This document shows positions 1 to 10,193 of a DNA stretch of 64,000 nt, piece by piece (the first letter of the stretch is position 1; each line of letters begins with the position of its first letter). The notes under the pieces are model-generated. The model was not told where the DNA came from. It made no database searches and was given only the letters and a program-made list of their open reading frames with translations. A program made the translations under genes and the position numbers. This DNA comes from a virus, in IMG/VR virus record IMGVR_UViG_3300034105_003474, positions 80,874 through 144,873 of that record. One strand, written 5' to 3'.

Positions 1-1882
1 TGTTGAAAACAAAACCTTGTTTCCTTCTTTCTGATGCTTTCCGTATTTCTGGTCCTAATGCTTCTATCAACTGAATATGACCTTCATATTTTCCAATATC
101 GGATTGCAGTTGAGCAATTTTTTTCATTGTTTCAACACGGTTGAATTCTTTTACTTCTGGAGTATTGCCAAGAGGTGAACGCATAAGTCTGAATTCTGCG
201 CTGAGTTGTGTTTCTAATTCCGCAAGTTTGGTTCGCGCACCTGCAACTCCACCTTGCGGTCTTACATATCCAATATATTTTCTTTTCGCTTCGGTAACTA
301 AAGCCGATACATCAGCATTGGGATTTGCCCTCAGTAAATCTGCAACTCTTGAAAGTTCTTTTTGGAAGTTTCGTACCGCAAGTTGGCGACCTTCATTTTG
401 GTTAAACAGTGCTTGATCGGCTGCTAAGCCAAGTTGTCCCAAAAGTTTTGGATCTCGCATTTGAAGTAATACTTCTTCAATAAGATCTTCATCTTCTTTT
501 TTGAATTTCGCCGCTTCCATCTTGGGGGCAACATGCTTTAGTTCATCTGGCACATCCCTAACATCGCGTCTTGTCGGAGCATTGAAAGGTTCGTCAATTG
601 GGTTTGGCACGCTTGACGGTTTCGGGGCAGGTGTTTCTCTTCTGTCGGAAGGCAGTTTATTGTGTTTCTCTACTTCTTTCCAAGCATTGATAACGTCATT
701 GAGTTCTTCTTTTAATTCACGCACATTCATTTGTTCGTTTGCACCAGAAACAACATCAAGGGGACTCAAATCACCCCTATTCTGTGCTTGCTGTATGCGA
801 TCAAGTTGTGCTTGATGTATCAAAATATTTCTTTTTGCAAGGTTTAGAGCGTTTGACCTTGGGTTCTGATCTGTTTGATTTATATCAGGGAAGTTAATTG
901 GATCGTTTATTATTCTTAAACGTGCGTTCAATACATCTCTGTTGATTCGTTCAACAAAAGTTTCATCATTTAGCACATTATTCAAGTTCATGTGCCTTAT
1001 TTTTTTGGGGCGAGCAGCCTCTGCCCTAACCTCTTCGGAACGAGCGGCATTGTCGCTTTCTCCGCGTGGAGCAGGTCGCGGAACTCGTCTTTGTTCTGAT
1101 TCGGCATCAAGCATCGCACCAATGTCGCCTTCGGGTTTCTTTCTAGGGCGACGAGGTTTAACCACCTTTGGTTCTACAACTGGTTTTTCAACAATGTTTT
1201 GTGCTTGTTGTCTTGGTGCTTTAGGCTTGTTTGTTGCTTCAACAACTGCACGACGACGGCGACGAGCAGGTGCTTCACCAGTACGAGGTGCACCGGGTTG
1301 TTCAATCTCACGATCCATGCGTCGTTGTTCTGATTCTCTAACATTTGGCGCACGCCTTCTCTGTGGTGCACGAGGAGCAGGTGGAGTAGGGGTTAACTCT
1401 CTTGGAGTGGCAGGTGCATCAACGGATGGTTGTCGGGTAACAACAGTTCGCCTACGGGCACCACGAGGACTTGGGGTATCGGAAACTTCTAATCTGTCTG
1501 CAACACCACGCAAACCTCGCTCTAGGCGACCTGCGCCACCGCTTTGAGGATTAAGTCTTGCAAGTATTCGTCGTTCACGACGAGCAATACGACGACCACG
1601 GCGAGCATCATCAACATTCTCTAAGCGTTGACCAATATCTGATATTTGATTAGCGATGCGTCGTGCGACACCCCAACCGCAAGACCGACCAAAGCGATCG
1701 GTTATCTGTCCGCCATACCGTGTCCCCGTTGGACAGCGCCAGCCTCCACGACGGTTGGTGCCGGGTATAGAAAGACTTGGATCCCACATGGCGCGAACAG
1801 CCTTGACTTCATAAGCAATAGTTGACGTGTTCCGTTCGCTAAGAAAAGATTTTGCCTTAAAGTCGGCGATATTCTGAAGCAT
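1..1882 (-). CDS. Large head-operon protein with shared N-terminal RCPxG module; truncated by the left window edge
   Basis: Missing from the ORF track because no stop lies in the window. ATG at 1882 reads MLQNIADFKAKSFLSERNTSTIAYEVKAVRAMWDPSLSIPGTNRRGGWRCPTGTRYGGQITDRFGRSCGWGVARRIANQI, nearly identical to the modules in 2200-5067 and 5492-8164. The same frame is open at the window edge (..EIRKASERRKQGFVFN). Confidence 0.85.
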   Translation of the reverse strand, partial: MLQNIADFKAKSFLSERNTSTIAYEVKAVRAMWDPSLSIPGTNRRGGWRCPTGTRYGGQITDRFGRSCGWGVARRIANQISDIGQRLENVDDARRGRRIARRERRILARLNPQSGGAGRLERGLRGVADRLEVSDTPSPRGARRRTVVTRQPSVDAPATPRELTPTPPAPRAPQRRRAPNVRESEQRRMDREIEQPGAPRTGEAPARRRRRAVVEATNKPKAPRQQAQNIVEKPVVEPKVVKPRRPRKKPEGDIGAMLDAESEQRRVPRPAPRGESDNAARSEEVRAEAARPKKIRHMNLNNVLNDETFVERINRDVLNARLRIINDPINFPDINQTDQNPRSNALNLAKRNILIHQAQLDRIQQAQNRGDLSPLDVVSGANEQMNVRELKEELNDVINAWKEVEKHNKLPSDRRETPAPKPSSVPNPIDEPFNAPTRRDVRDVPDELKHVAPKMEAAKFKKEDEDLIEEVLLQMRDPKLLGQLGLAADQALFNQNEGRQLAVRNFQKELSRVADLLRANPNADVSALVTEAKRKYIGYVRPQGGVAGARTKLAELETQLSAEFRLMRSPLGNTPEVKEFNRVETMKKIAQLQSDIGKYEGHIQLIEALGPEIRKASERRKQGFVFN

Positions 1883-1885
1883 GGT

Positions 1886-2203
1886 TTAAGCCTTAAAACT
1901 TTTTTTATTTGGAAGAGATTTAATTTGATTTTTATACATTTCTTCAGTTACTTGCCCATCAGAACTGTATTGTGCGGACATTGAATTAAGACGGTAAAGA
2001 ATATATTCCATTCCGCTTCCCTCTAAAGGGATCTCGTTTCGTGCCGACGATTCTGAAAGAATTTCAATAAGTTGATCAACAAGTTCTTTATCGGAAGCGT
2101 GTATTTCTACAAGTCCATCAATATTTTTTCCAGCGCAAGACCCATTTACCTTGTTTGTAAATGGATCCATGAATTGACCTATAAAAAACTCTTTCATGAT
2201 CAC
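1886..2203 (-). CDS. Small partner protein (105 aa) downstream of a kinase; candidate immunity/inhibitor
   Basis: ATGA overlap with the stop of 2200-5067; loose similarity to 5190-5486 (DP..., DGLVEIHASDKE vs DKGIIKYYSKDKD). Confidence 0.75.
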   Translation of the reverse strand: MIMKEFFIGQFMDPFTNKVNGSCAGKNIDGLVEIHASDKELVDQLIEILSESSARNEIPLEGSGMEYILYRLNSMSAQYSSDGQVTEEMYKNQIKSLPNKKSFKA

Positions 2204-5067
2204 CTTTGGTTACTTGGAATTATATTGACTATCTCATTTTCGGCGTTGCGAAGGTTTGCAAGACTTCGTACCATGCCATCATAAAGTGCTCCTGCTCGGG
2301 CTTTATTTGAGTCAGTCTTACTTACTTTCTGCAATGCGTCTGTTATGAATTGTTCACGACCGACAGCAAGTGTTTTTTCTGTTTGCACAACAACCTGTCT
2401 GTACACTTCTTGAATTCGCGCATAAGTTTCACGCCTTTGCGCGTCTGACATAGCGGGTAGTGCGGTGCGCATTGTGGCAAGAATGTCCTGATCCATTGAG
2501 AAACCCCGTTGGTAACGATCAAACAGCCCTCCGTGTGCCCTTCCAGCCCAACCCAAGTCCATCGGAACGACATGCGCTAATTTCTTGCCGTCTGGTAATT
2601 CCACTACACGACCCATACCGTTGCCTCCGTGGCGGTCGCTAACACCAAGAATATAGTTGGCTAGAACATTGGACAATCTTTCAGGAAGACCTTTATCTGG
2701 AAGAGCGTTCAGGGCTCCTTTGTTGAAATCGTACCCACCAGCAGCACCGCCGATTACTGCCCCTTCAGGCACGTCGTTGTGTGCCAGAGGGATCATGATG
2801 TAAGGGGTTCCTTTTCGGACTGTTCCAAGAGGCTTTCGTACATCTGCTTCAAGTTTACCGTCTTGAATTGCTCCGTCTTCCAAGATCCCTACAGCAGCCA
2901 AGTAGTTCCATCCAATGAGTTCGCCGACATTGTCGGCAGGTTTTGCAGCCTTGAAAACCCATCCCTGATTAGTCGGATTTCCATTTTCATCACGCAAAAA
3001 GTAAATTTTAGTTACACCTACAGCGCCACCGTTGGGTTGTACTTTTTTGAAACGCTTATTTGTGTCTCGTGGGTCTGATGAAGCGTTTGCCTCTATGGCA
3101 ATGTGCATGAATTTTGCTGGAACTTTTTGTATGTCTCCACCATTTTTTATATGGTCAATTGCTTTTTGTTCCGTATTAATTGTTCGGTCTTCTTCGGAAA
3201 CAAACTTTCCGATAGGGGAGTTCCTTCTGTCTATCTTTAACTTACCATGAGCATTTTTTGATCTTGCAAACTTACGGAATGGTGATTTCTTTTGTCCTTG
3301 AGCCGCTGCTCTTGGTGCAGTAGGTGGTTTAGGTGTCGTTGGTGAATTGTCTTCTGTCGCTGGGAATTCCCCTGAAGGACCGCCAGCAGCAGCATAAATA
3401 AATTCTGCGAAGTTGTTGTAGTCACTTACCGTATGGCGACCGCCATAGCCCTGTTCGTAAGAGTTCCCATCTGGTTCGCGTAGAGTAAATTTTGTTAATT
3501 TTCCATTACCGTCAAACTCTGGAGTAAGCGTGTAACCATTTCGTGTCCACATAGTTTTATCTGTGTTAAGAACCCAATTTGAATTTAAATTCAACTTTTC
3601 CAAATTGTTCAGTGGTTGATTATTAGGTGCTTGTCCCTGTTGTTGAGCAGGACGTGCTGGTCTCACAGGTCGCGCTGGTGCTGGCTCTGGAACATCATCG
3701 GCGGTTGGTTTGCGTGTAGCGCTACGAGCGGCACCTGCTGTTGTTGCCTTCTTGCGACGACCACGATTATTCCGTGGGCGACGAGCCTGTGGTGTTGGCG
3801 GTTCAAAATCTTGTGGTGCACTACGACCGTGAGCATCTTTCCAAGCGTCACGAAGATTAGGTTTGTTGATTGCATACCATTCACGCCGTGTCAGCATTCC
3901 TGCGTTTCCACCACCTGCGCGAATCTCACGAACACGCTTAGCGTATTCATCGTATTTTCTTAATACATACGGGCTGAAACCTTCGGTTGCACTTGCGTCT
4001 GATGCTTCGCGTGCTGTGAGTACATCAACGTTTTCTGCTTGTGGTGCAACGCGTGGGCGTGGCTGTGGTCGTCTTTGTCCTGCTGGCGCTGGTCGGCGTG
4101 CAGGACGAGGTGTTGACGCAGGCGTTGGCGCTGTTTCAGGAATAACATCGCGTCTCCTGTTTTGTGGTCTACGAGCCGATGGTGCACCTGCTTCAGGTAG
4201 TACATCTTCGCTTCTTTCGCGACCACCATTTCCGTTAACAACTCTGTCTAAAACACTTCCGGGTCGCAGGTCATCTGCTATGCGGTTGCCAAGTTCAGCA
4301 AAACCAGGACCGCCTCTTCGCTGTCGCGGTTTAGCACCACCTTCAAGACGATCAGCAATACCGCGCAATCCACCTTCAACGCGACCAGTCTCAGGAACTC
4401 CACCAAGCCGTCTAATCATTCGTGCGTTACGACGGTCAAGGCGACGCTTTCGTTTGTCGTCGTCTCGTTGTTCTAAGCGTTCACCGATGTCGGCGATTTG
4501 GTTGGCGATGCGACGCGCTACGCCCCAACCGCACGAACGACCAAAACGATCGGTGATCTGTCCGCCATATCGTGTCCCTACAGGGCATCGGAAACCACCA
4601 CGACGATTCGTGCCGGGAATAGAAAGACTCGGATCCCAAATTGCTCGCACACCTTTGATTTCAAAGTTGAAAGATGATTGGGTTTGGTCAGAGATAAATG
4701 ATGAAGCCTTGAAACTCAGAACATTTTGGAATTCTTCGTTTGAAAACTCAGAAAGTAAAACCTCAGATATTGAAAGAACAGGAAGGTTTTTGGTTTCTAC
4801 AATTTCCGGTTTAAGGAATGCAAGGTTTGCAACCTTTTTCTCTATCGCTGATCCTGATGGGCTTGGACCTTCAATAATTTTTGATGAGTCCATTGTTTGA
4901 ACTAGTTCAGGTTTTGTTATAGGTGTTTTGCCATATTCTTGACGGAGAAATGTGGCAACTTCTTTAGCGGCTTCGGTCATTGGCTTGAAGGTGGATCCTT
5001 CAGGGGTCGTTGAGACGACCATAAATGGTGTGTTGTCGCGATTTTTGATAATGAAAACTAGGTTCAT
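2200..5067 (-). CDS. RCPxG module + Arg/Pro-rich linker + PI3/PI4-kinase/HipA-like domain (955 aa)
   Basis: Gly loop GGAVGVTKIY, VFK lysine, helix-C Glu (NVGELIG), catalytic SDRHGGN, VPMDLG metal-binding motif. Confidence 0.85.
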   Translation of the reverse strand: MNLVFIIKNRDNTPFMVVSTTPEGSTFKPMTEAAKEVATFLRQEYGKTPITKPELVQTMDSSKIIEGPSPSGSAIEKKVANLAFLKPEIVETKNLPVLSISEVLLSEFSNEEFQNVLSFKASSFISDQTQSSFNFEIKGVRAIWDPSLSIPGTNRRGGFRCPVGTRYGGQITDRFGRSCGWGVARRIANQIADIGERLEQRDDDKRKRRLDRRNARMIRRLGGVPETGRVEGGLRGIADRLEGGAKPRQRRGGPGFAELGNRIADDLRPGSVLDRVVNGNGGRERSEDVLPEAGAPSARRPQNRRRDVIPETAPTPASTPRPARRPAPAGQRRPQPRPRVAPQAENVDVLTAREASDASATEGFSPYVLRKYDEYAKRVREIRAGGGNAGMLTRREWYAINKPNLRDAWKDAHGRSAPQDFEPPTPQARRPRNNRGRRKKATTAGAARSATRKPTADDVPEPAPARPVRPARPAQQQGQAPNNQPLNNLEKLNLNSNWVLNTDKTMWTRNGYTLTPEFDGNGKLTKFTLREPDGNSYEQGYGGRHTVSDYNNFAEFIYAAAGGPSGEFPATEDNSPTTPKPPTAPRAAAQGQKKSPFRKFARSKNAHGKLKIDRRNSPIGKFVSEEDRTINTEQKAIDHIKNGGDIQKVPAKFMHIAIEANASSDPRDTNKRFKKVQPNGGAVGVTKIYFLRDENGNPTNQGWVFKAAKPADNVGELIGWNYLAAVGILEDGAIQDGKLEADVRKPLGTVRKGTPYIMIPLAHNDVPEGAVIGGAAGGYDFNKGALNALPDKGLPERLSNVLANYILGVSDRHGGNGMGRVVELPDGKKLAHVVPMDLGWAGRAHGGLFDRYQRGFSMDQDILATMRTALPAMSDAQRRETYARIQEVYRQVVVQTEKTLAVGREQFITDALQKVSKTDSNKARAGALYDGMVRSLANLRNAENEIVNIIPSNQR

Positions 5068-5189
5068 TGTTTACTTTCCACATTCGTGAAGATATTCAGC
5101 AAGCCATGCAAATCTTGAGGTTGCATTATCGCTACCGTAAAATGGTATCACTAAGTGGGTGATATTAATTTTAGGTTGATGTCAATATA

Positions 5190-5486
5190 TTATTTGTTAT
5201 CTAATTTTTTGTGACCCAAGGCAACTAGGAAATTATTAATTTTATCCTTATTTGAACCCTTGTACTCAAGTATTTCTGCATGACGGTATGAGTACCCATG
5301 CAACATACTCTCAAGGTCAGCCCTATCCGACGAGCCTTTCTTGACCGCCAAAAAGTGTTCATTGTCCTTTTTGTCTGAATCTTTATCCTTTGAGTAATAC
5401 TTAATAATCCCTTTATCGTCCTCAACTATGACGAGTGGATCCACCTGAACTAGTGGGTCTTTGGAGGTGATGATCGCTGCTCTCAT
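5190..5486 (-). CDS. Small partner protein (98 aa) downstream of a kinase; candidate immunity/inhibitor
   Basis: Starts 5 nt after the kinase stop; aligns with 9876-10193 (MR.A..T, P.V..E.D.GI, E....G.SY). Confidence 0.8.
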   Translation of the reverse strand: MRAAIITSKDPLVQVDPLVIVEDDKGIIKYYSKDKDSDKKDNEHFLAVKKGSSDRADLESMLHGYSYRHAEILEYKGSNKDKINNFLVALGHKKLDNK

Positions 5487-5491
5487 GGTTC

Positions 5492-8164
5492 CTATGATCC
5501 TATAATCAAATCAGCAAGTCTGCCGGGGTCAACATCTGTTATATATTTCATTTTTCTTTGCGGTTTTACGCCAACCCTCAAAAGAGCCTGATCCCCACCC
5601 CTAGGGTTAGCGGTTCCATCCCCACCGGCTTTCAGTACATCTTCAACAACATTCATATACGGGTTTTTACGCTCTGCCTCACGGATGGACTTCTGAACCT
5701 CTTCAACGGCTAAGAGTATCTCGCGCCGACTTATTTGCCTATCTTTGAATTGCTGTCTCAATGTTGCAAGCATCTCGTTTCTTCTACCACCAACATCGTT
5801 GCCTAAAAAGCCTCGTAATCCTTCGTCGTTGCCATCATAATTTTCGTGAGCCCGCCCACCCCAGTTGACATCAAACCCAAGAGAAGGATCAATTGGGACG
5901 AACCGCTTCTTACCACTGGAGTCAGTCGCTACAAAGAAGTTCCCTCCATGGCGGTCTCTGTTGACCATGATGTAGTCCAAAAGTGTCGCTCTAACACGAT
6001 CGGCAGGTTTTATTTGCGACACGGCTACTTGATTTCTTCCGTCTGTCAGCACCCCATCAACGTAGTTCCCTGCGTGTTCATAAACAATAGCCCTACCAGC
6101 GCTGTTAGGGGCACCCGGTCCACCTTTTTGTTTCCCATCCATTCGCACACCACCGACAGGCATGCCAAGTCTACCAGCAAGATTATTGCCGATCACTTCA
6201 TGAATGTCTTCGTTTTCTGCATGGGCACCACTTTGGTATTTTAAGAAAAACTTGTTCCCAGTGATGGCGTCGGTAAACATATGCATATTGTTGGGAATGT
6301 TGCCGTTAACACCACCACCAGCATCTGATTTAGAGAATCTTGTTGTTGCACCGTGTAGTGCTTCACCCAATAACTCATCAGGGACATCAGCCAAATCTCC
6401 ACCTTTTTCTAGGTGGTCAATTGCTTGCTCCTTGGTATCCATACCTTTGTTCCCCAATGGAACGCTTTTCACATCAGGCAAACCGTCTTCACCTAATTTG
6501 TTCAGTTTTTCTGGTGCATGACCATCTTTTGCTTTTGGTGGTGAGACATCCCATCCACCTTCTGGTTCTGGTATGTCTGCTGGTCGTTGTGGTGGTTGCG
6601 CTGGTGACTGTACGCGTGGAGCGTTCTGGTCGTTGACATTATTATTTGGTACAACAACTTGATTTCGTTGCCTAAATTCAATAGCAGCATCAATTTCAGC
6701 AAGTCTTAATTCGGCAGCGGAAACTCCGTCTTTTATTTTTTCTTTTTGTCCCCACATTCGCAATAAATTATCTCTGGCTTCGTCTCTTTCTCGTTCGCTA
6801 CCATTCTTTTTACTCTGCCAGTCTTCAAAGGCTCTATCAAATCCTGCTTGAGCCTCTTTGAGAAGTTCTTGATCTCTAATTTTCTTTCCCAAAACTTCTT
6901 CTTTGGACATGTTGCGCAAATTATTGTAAGCGTTCGGCTTGTATCTTTCAATTTCCCCTTCTACTGCTTTGACTAAAGCCTCGTCTCTTTGCTGGTCAAA
7001 CTCCCTGCGAGGGTTTATGTCTCTTGCTGGCAGTGGCGGTGGACCTGCTCGTCGTGCAGGTGCTTCAGGTTCAGGCTGTGGCGCTCCTGCTTGTTGCCCA
7101 AATATTTGTTGGTTAACAAAATTGCCACGAGCATTACGCTTATTGTTGTCATCGTAATACCGACCAAACCTTCTCTCTAGTTCGGCTTTTTCTTCGCCTT
7201 CAGGGAAGTCTGGTTTACGCCAATACGCATCTTCGGGTAATCCGCGAAGATCGCCAAATCGGTTAACAACATTACGGATAGAACGATCGTCCGGTATGCT
7301 CCCTCCCAACTCGTCTGCTGTTGGGTTCCATGCGGGTGGTGGTGGAATTGGTGATGATTGTTCCGCTGGTCGTTCTGGTGGTTTTGGTGCGGGTTTTCTG
7401 CGTGGCACCTTTGTCGGTACAGGTTTTGAACCGTCAACAAAATCTGCTTCAGGTTTTCTTCTAACAGTTCTTTTTGCGCCTTGTTGTGTAGCGTTTCGTC
7501 GGCGTCGTCGTGGAGCATTTGGTGCGGGTGGTTCACCTGTGCGTGGTGCGCCGGGTTGAACTATTTCTCTGTCCATTCTTCGTGCTTCTGATTCACGGAG
7601 ATTTCCTCTTCTCCGAGGTGCCCGTGCTGGTTCTCTTGCTGGTTGTTCAGCATCTCCGCCAACAGGGATTCTTGGACGAGCAGGAGGTTCTATGCGTGCA
7701 GGATTTTGAACAGCGATTCGTGGACGAGCAGGAGCGCGTGGAGTAGTTACTGGTTTTCCAGTTGCTCCACCATCTAACGCGTCTGCCAAACCGCGAGCGC
7801 CACGCTCAAGTAAGCCGGGTTTATCTTGACGAGCCAAAAACCGTTGCACACGCGCATTCCGTTTTGCCAAACGAGCATTTCGTTTACGGTCGTCAACATT
7901 CTCTAGCCGTTCACCAATATCTGCTATCTGGTTTGCGATTCTCCGAGCAACACCCCACCCGCAAGACCGTCCATAACGGTCTGTAATTTGACCGCCGTAT
8001 CTTGTGCCAACAGGGCAACGCCAACCGCCACGACGATTCGTGCCCGGAATAGACAAACTTGGATCCCAAAGCGCACGAGCGCCTTTAACATCATAATTAA
8101 AAGTACTTGCAGTTTGCTCAGCGAGAAACGCGAGCGCCTTGTAATTCACTTCATTCTTGAGCAT
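5492..8164 (-). CDS. RCPxG module + Arg/Pro-rich linker + coiled coil + PI3/PI4-kinase/HipA-like domain (890 aa)
   Basis: GGGVNG loop, FFLKY, DIHEVIG, LLDYIMVNRDRHGGNFFV, VPIDPSLGF. Confidence 0.88.
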   Translation of the reverse strand: MLKNEVNYKALAFLAEQTASTFNYDVKGARALWDPSLSIPGTNRRGGWRCPVGTRYGGQITDRYGRSCGWGVARRIANQIADIGERLENVDDRKRNARLAKRNARVQRFLARQDKPGLLERGARGLADALDGGATGKPVTTPRAPARPRIAVQNPARIEPPARPRIPVGGDAEQPAREPARAPRRRGNLRESEARRMDREIVQPGAPRTGEPPAPNAPRRRRRNATQQGAKRTVRRKPEADFVDGSKPVPTKVPRRKPAPKPPERPAEQSSPIPPPPAWNPTADELGGSIPDDRSIRNVVNRFGDLRGLPEDAYWRKPDFPEGEEKAELERRFGRYYDDNNKRNARGNFVNQQIFGQQAGAPQPEPEAPARRAGPPPLPARDINPRREFDQQRDEALVKAVEGEIERYKPNAYNNLRNMSKEEVLGKKIRDQELLKEAQAGFDRAFEDWQSKKNGSERERDEARDNLLRMWGQKEKIKDGVSAAELRLAEIDAAIEFRQRNQVVVPNNNVNDQNAPRVQSPAQPPQRPADIPEPEGGWDVSPPKAKDGHAPEKLNKLGEDGLPDVKSVPLGNKGMDTKEQAIDHLEKGGDLADVPDELLGEALHGATTRFSKSDAGGGVNGNIPNNMHMFTDAITGNKFFLKYQSGAHAENEDIHEVIGNNLAGRLGMPVGGVRMDGKQKGGPGAPNSAGRAIVYEHAGNYVDGVLTDGRNQVAVSQIKPADRVRATLLDYIMVNRDRHGGNFFVATDSSGKKRFVPIDPSLGFDVNWGGRAHENYDGNDEGLRGFLGNDVGGRRNEMLATLRQQFKDRQISRREILLAVEEVQKSIREAERKNPYMNVVEDVLKAGGDGTANPRGGDQALLRVGVKPQRKMKYITDVDPGRLADLIIGS

Positions 8165-9883
8165 TTATTTTTTCTTCTTTGCGCTGACCAAGTCTGGCTT
8201 AATGAAGGTTTCGTACTGCCAACGAGGTGCTGTTCTTTCAATACCGTCAAGACCTGTGTAAGTAACAAGTTCCAACGGCTTAGGAACATTTCCTGTATCG
8301 GTGATAAACTTAAATGCACCTTCTGAGTTTTTGGCAAAATTCTCAATATTTGAAATAATGTTATCTTTTGTGCTTGATTCTGCAAGAGAGTTAATCATTC
8401 GTGGGAACTTGCGCTTCTCGCCAATCGTAAATGGTCGTGAACGCTCAATACTTACCACTACACCGTTTGGTGCAACAAACGCAATTTTACTCATTGAAGG
8501 ACCACCCAATAGTGCCAGATCATCTGCTCCTATATCAGCAGGTAGTTGAATGGCGCGAACCATTGCGCCGTCAACCATGTCAGGGTTCTCGCTAAAAGAA
8601 CGAAGAACAGATGAAGCAACAACAGGACGCAAAACCACTCCGTCTCTGCGGATCATTCTGCCTTCACCTTTTGGTGCGCCTTTAAGCAAGTTGATTGAAT
8701 CCGATACTGAACGGTTGAATTTATCTTTTTGGAATGCACCTGTTCGTGGTATCTGTGCCATGCGCTGAATTTGAATTGTTCGCGCTGCTGTCGGTGAACC
8801 TTCTAATACTTCGGACAGATTCTCTGCTCGCGCTTGTGGAAGTTTTGGTGATGCTGTCGGGCGCATTGCTCGCCTTATGAGTTCTAGCGGACCTGGTATT
8901 TCAAACAACTGCGCACCACAAGTGGAGAAACGATTGTCCGTGAAACGACCACCAAATTCAAAACCGGCAGGGCATCGTGCTTGACGCCTGCGATTAGGCT
9001 TGAGCCTGCTGAGCGCCCCACCGCCACCGCCGGGAATAAGTGCGCCATAAAGTCTTGAGCGAATAGGTGCGCTGAATGGGGATATGTTGCCCGGTGTTAC
9101 TACAGAACCAACTGCCTGAGCCGCTCTACCAAGTCCACTTGAAGAACCAACAAGACCTGCTTTGATTTCCATGTCTTCAGCGTCATCTTTTTCAACACGG
9201 TATCCACCGCCACGCTTCTTGTATTCGCGAACAAGCCAAGCGTTAGCGTAAGCAGAAGGGTATACATTGAATTTCTTTTTTGCTTCGGCTTTTACTCGCG
9301 CATAAAGTTCTTTGTCCGTTGGGATATTCGCACCTTTTAATGTGGTCTCATCAGATTTGAATGTGGACACATTGATCGGCTTGTTTTCTTCTCGGTTACC
9401 CGCTGTTTCTGCACGACGCTTTCTGCGAACAGCGGAATCAATTTCTTCTGCGGACATTCTCATCGCTGTAGATTTCTTTACACACTTAGGGTATTTACCT
9501 GAATCTGCGTCTCCGCGACCACATGACTCAAATCCGCCACCTTTTTTCGGGCGTGAAATATCAACCCATTCTTCTTCAAACCATTTCCCTAATCCACCGC
9601 GCTTGGATTCATCACCGATAAAGGTTTCTGCACCTAGTTTTGATGTACGAGACTTTAGGTAAAGTTTTGCTTTAAAGTTTAGAAGAGCCCTACTTCCGTC
9701 AAGCGGAGTTTTACGAACATCTGATCCTTTAGTGAAAAGGAATTTTGTTTTTGCATTATCAGGGTTAAAATAAATTTCCTCACCAGAGACAATATTCGTC
9801 CGTTTCATAGCAGTTTTCATACGCATAGACATACGGAGTTTTCTCGCAAAATACTCAAAGTCTTGGTTGAGATAACTACTCAT
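8165..9883 (-). CDS. Multidomain head-operon protein with DUF5872-like modules and an RCPxG module (572 aa)
   Basis: GLGKWFEEEWVDI..CGR..YPKC and PTDKELYARVKAEAKKKFNVYPSAYANAWLVREYKKRGGGY motifs (family name recalled, not searched); RCPAGFEFGGRFTD..C. Confidence 0.7.
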   Translation of the reverse strand: MSSYLNQDFEYFARKLRMSMRMKTAMKRTNIVSGEEIYFNPDNAKTKFLFTKGSDVRKTPLDGSRALLNFKAKLYLKSRTSKLGAETFIGDESKRGGLGKWFEEEWVDISRPKKGGGFESCGRGDADSGKYPKCVKKSTAMRMSAEEIDSAVRRKRRAETAGNREENKPINVSTFKSDETTLKGANIPTDKELYARVKAEAKKKFNVYPSAYANAWLVREYKKRGGGYRVEKDDAEDMEIKAGLVGSSSGLGRAAQAVGSVVTPGNISPFSAPIRSRLYGALIPGGGGGALSRLKPNRRRQARCPAGFEFGGRFTDNRFSTCGAQLFEIPGPLELIRRAMRPTASPKLPQARAENLSEVLEGSPTAARTIQIQRMAQIPRTGAFQKDKFNRSVSDSINLLKGAPKGEGRMIRRDGVVLRPVVASSVLRSFSENPDMVDGAMVRAIQLPADIGADDLALLGGPSMSKIAFVAPNGVVVSIERSRPFTIGEKRKFPRMINSLAESSTKDNIISNIENFAKNSEGAFKFITDTGNVPKPLELVTYTGLDGIERTAPRWQYETFIKPDLVSAKKKK

Positions 9884-10193
9884 TTTTTGCCGATTCTTTC
9901 GGTTCTTCAGGTTCCGCTATTTCTGCGGGCAAGGTTGTCTTCCACTTTTTAGCCAACTGCCTTAAAAGTGTAATATTTTTTTCATCCAGCACATTAGTAC
10001 TAACACTATGATACGACATTCCCGAGGTTGCTTTTTCAATAGTGTCCCTTTGGGACAGAAACAATTCGTTTGTCAAACTTGATGCGAACTTCGGGTCAGG
10101 GGCTACCACACCAAAAATGCCGTAATCCCCCTCAAGAAGAACATATGGGATACCTGAAACATCGGCACTCGGGGTAACTAGGGCGTATCTCAT
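9876..10193 (-). CDS. Small partner protein (105 aa) downstream of a kinase; candidate immunity/inhibitor
   Basis: ATGA overlap with the kinase stop; paralog of 5190-5486. Confidence 0.8.
   Translation of the reverse strand: MRYALVTPSADVSGIPYVLLEGDYGIFGVVAPDPKFASSLTNELFLSQRDTIEKATSGMSYHSVSTNVLDEKNITLLRQLAKKWKTTLPAEIAEPEEPKESAKNE

Noticed and set aside
3863-4900. 345-aa plus-strand ORF and many other long antisense ORFs (e.g. 942-1547, 55905-56594)
   Set aside because: Shadows of real genes on the opposite strand caused by low-complexity codon use; no motifs or SD.
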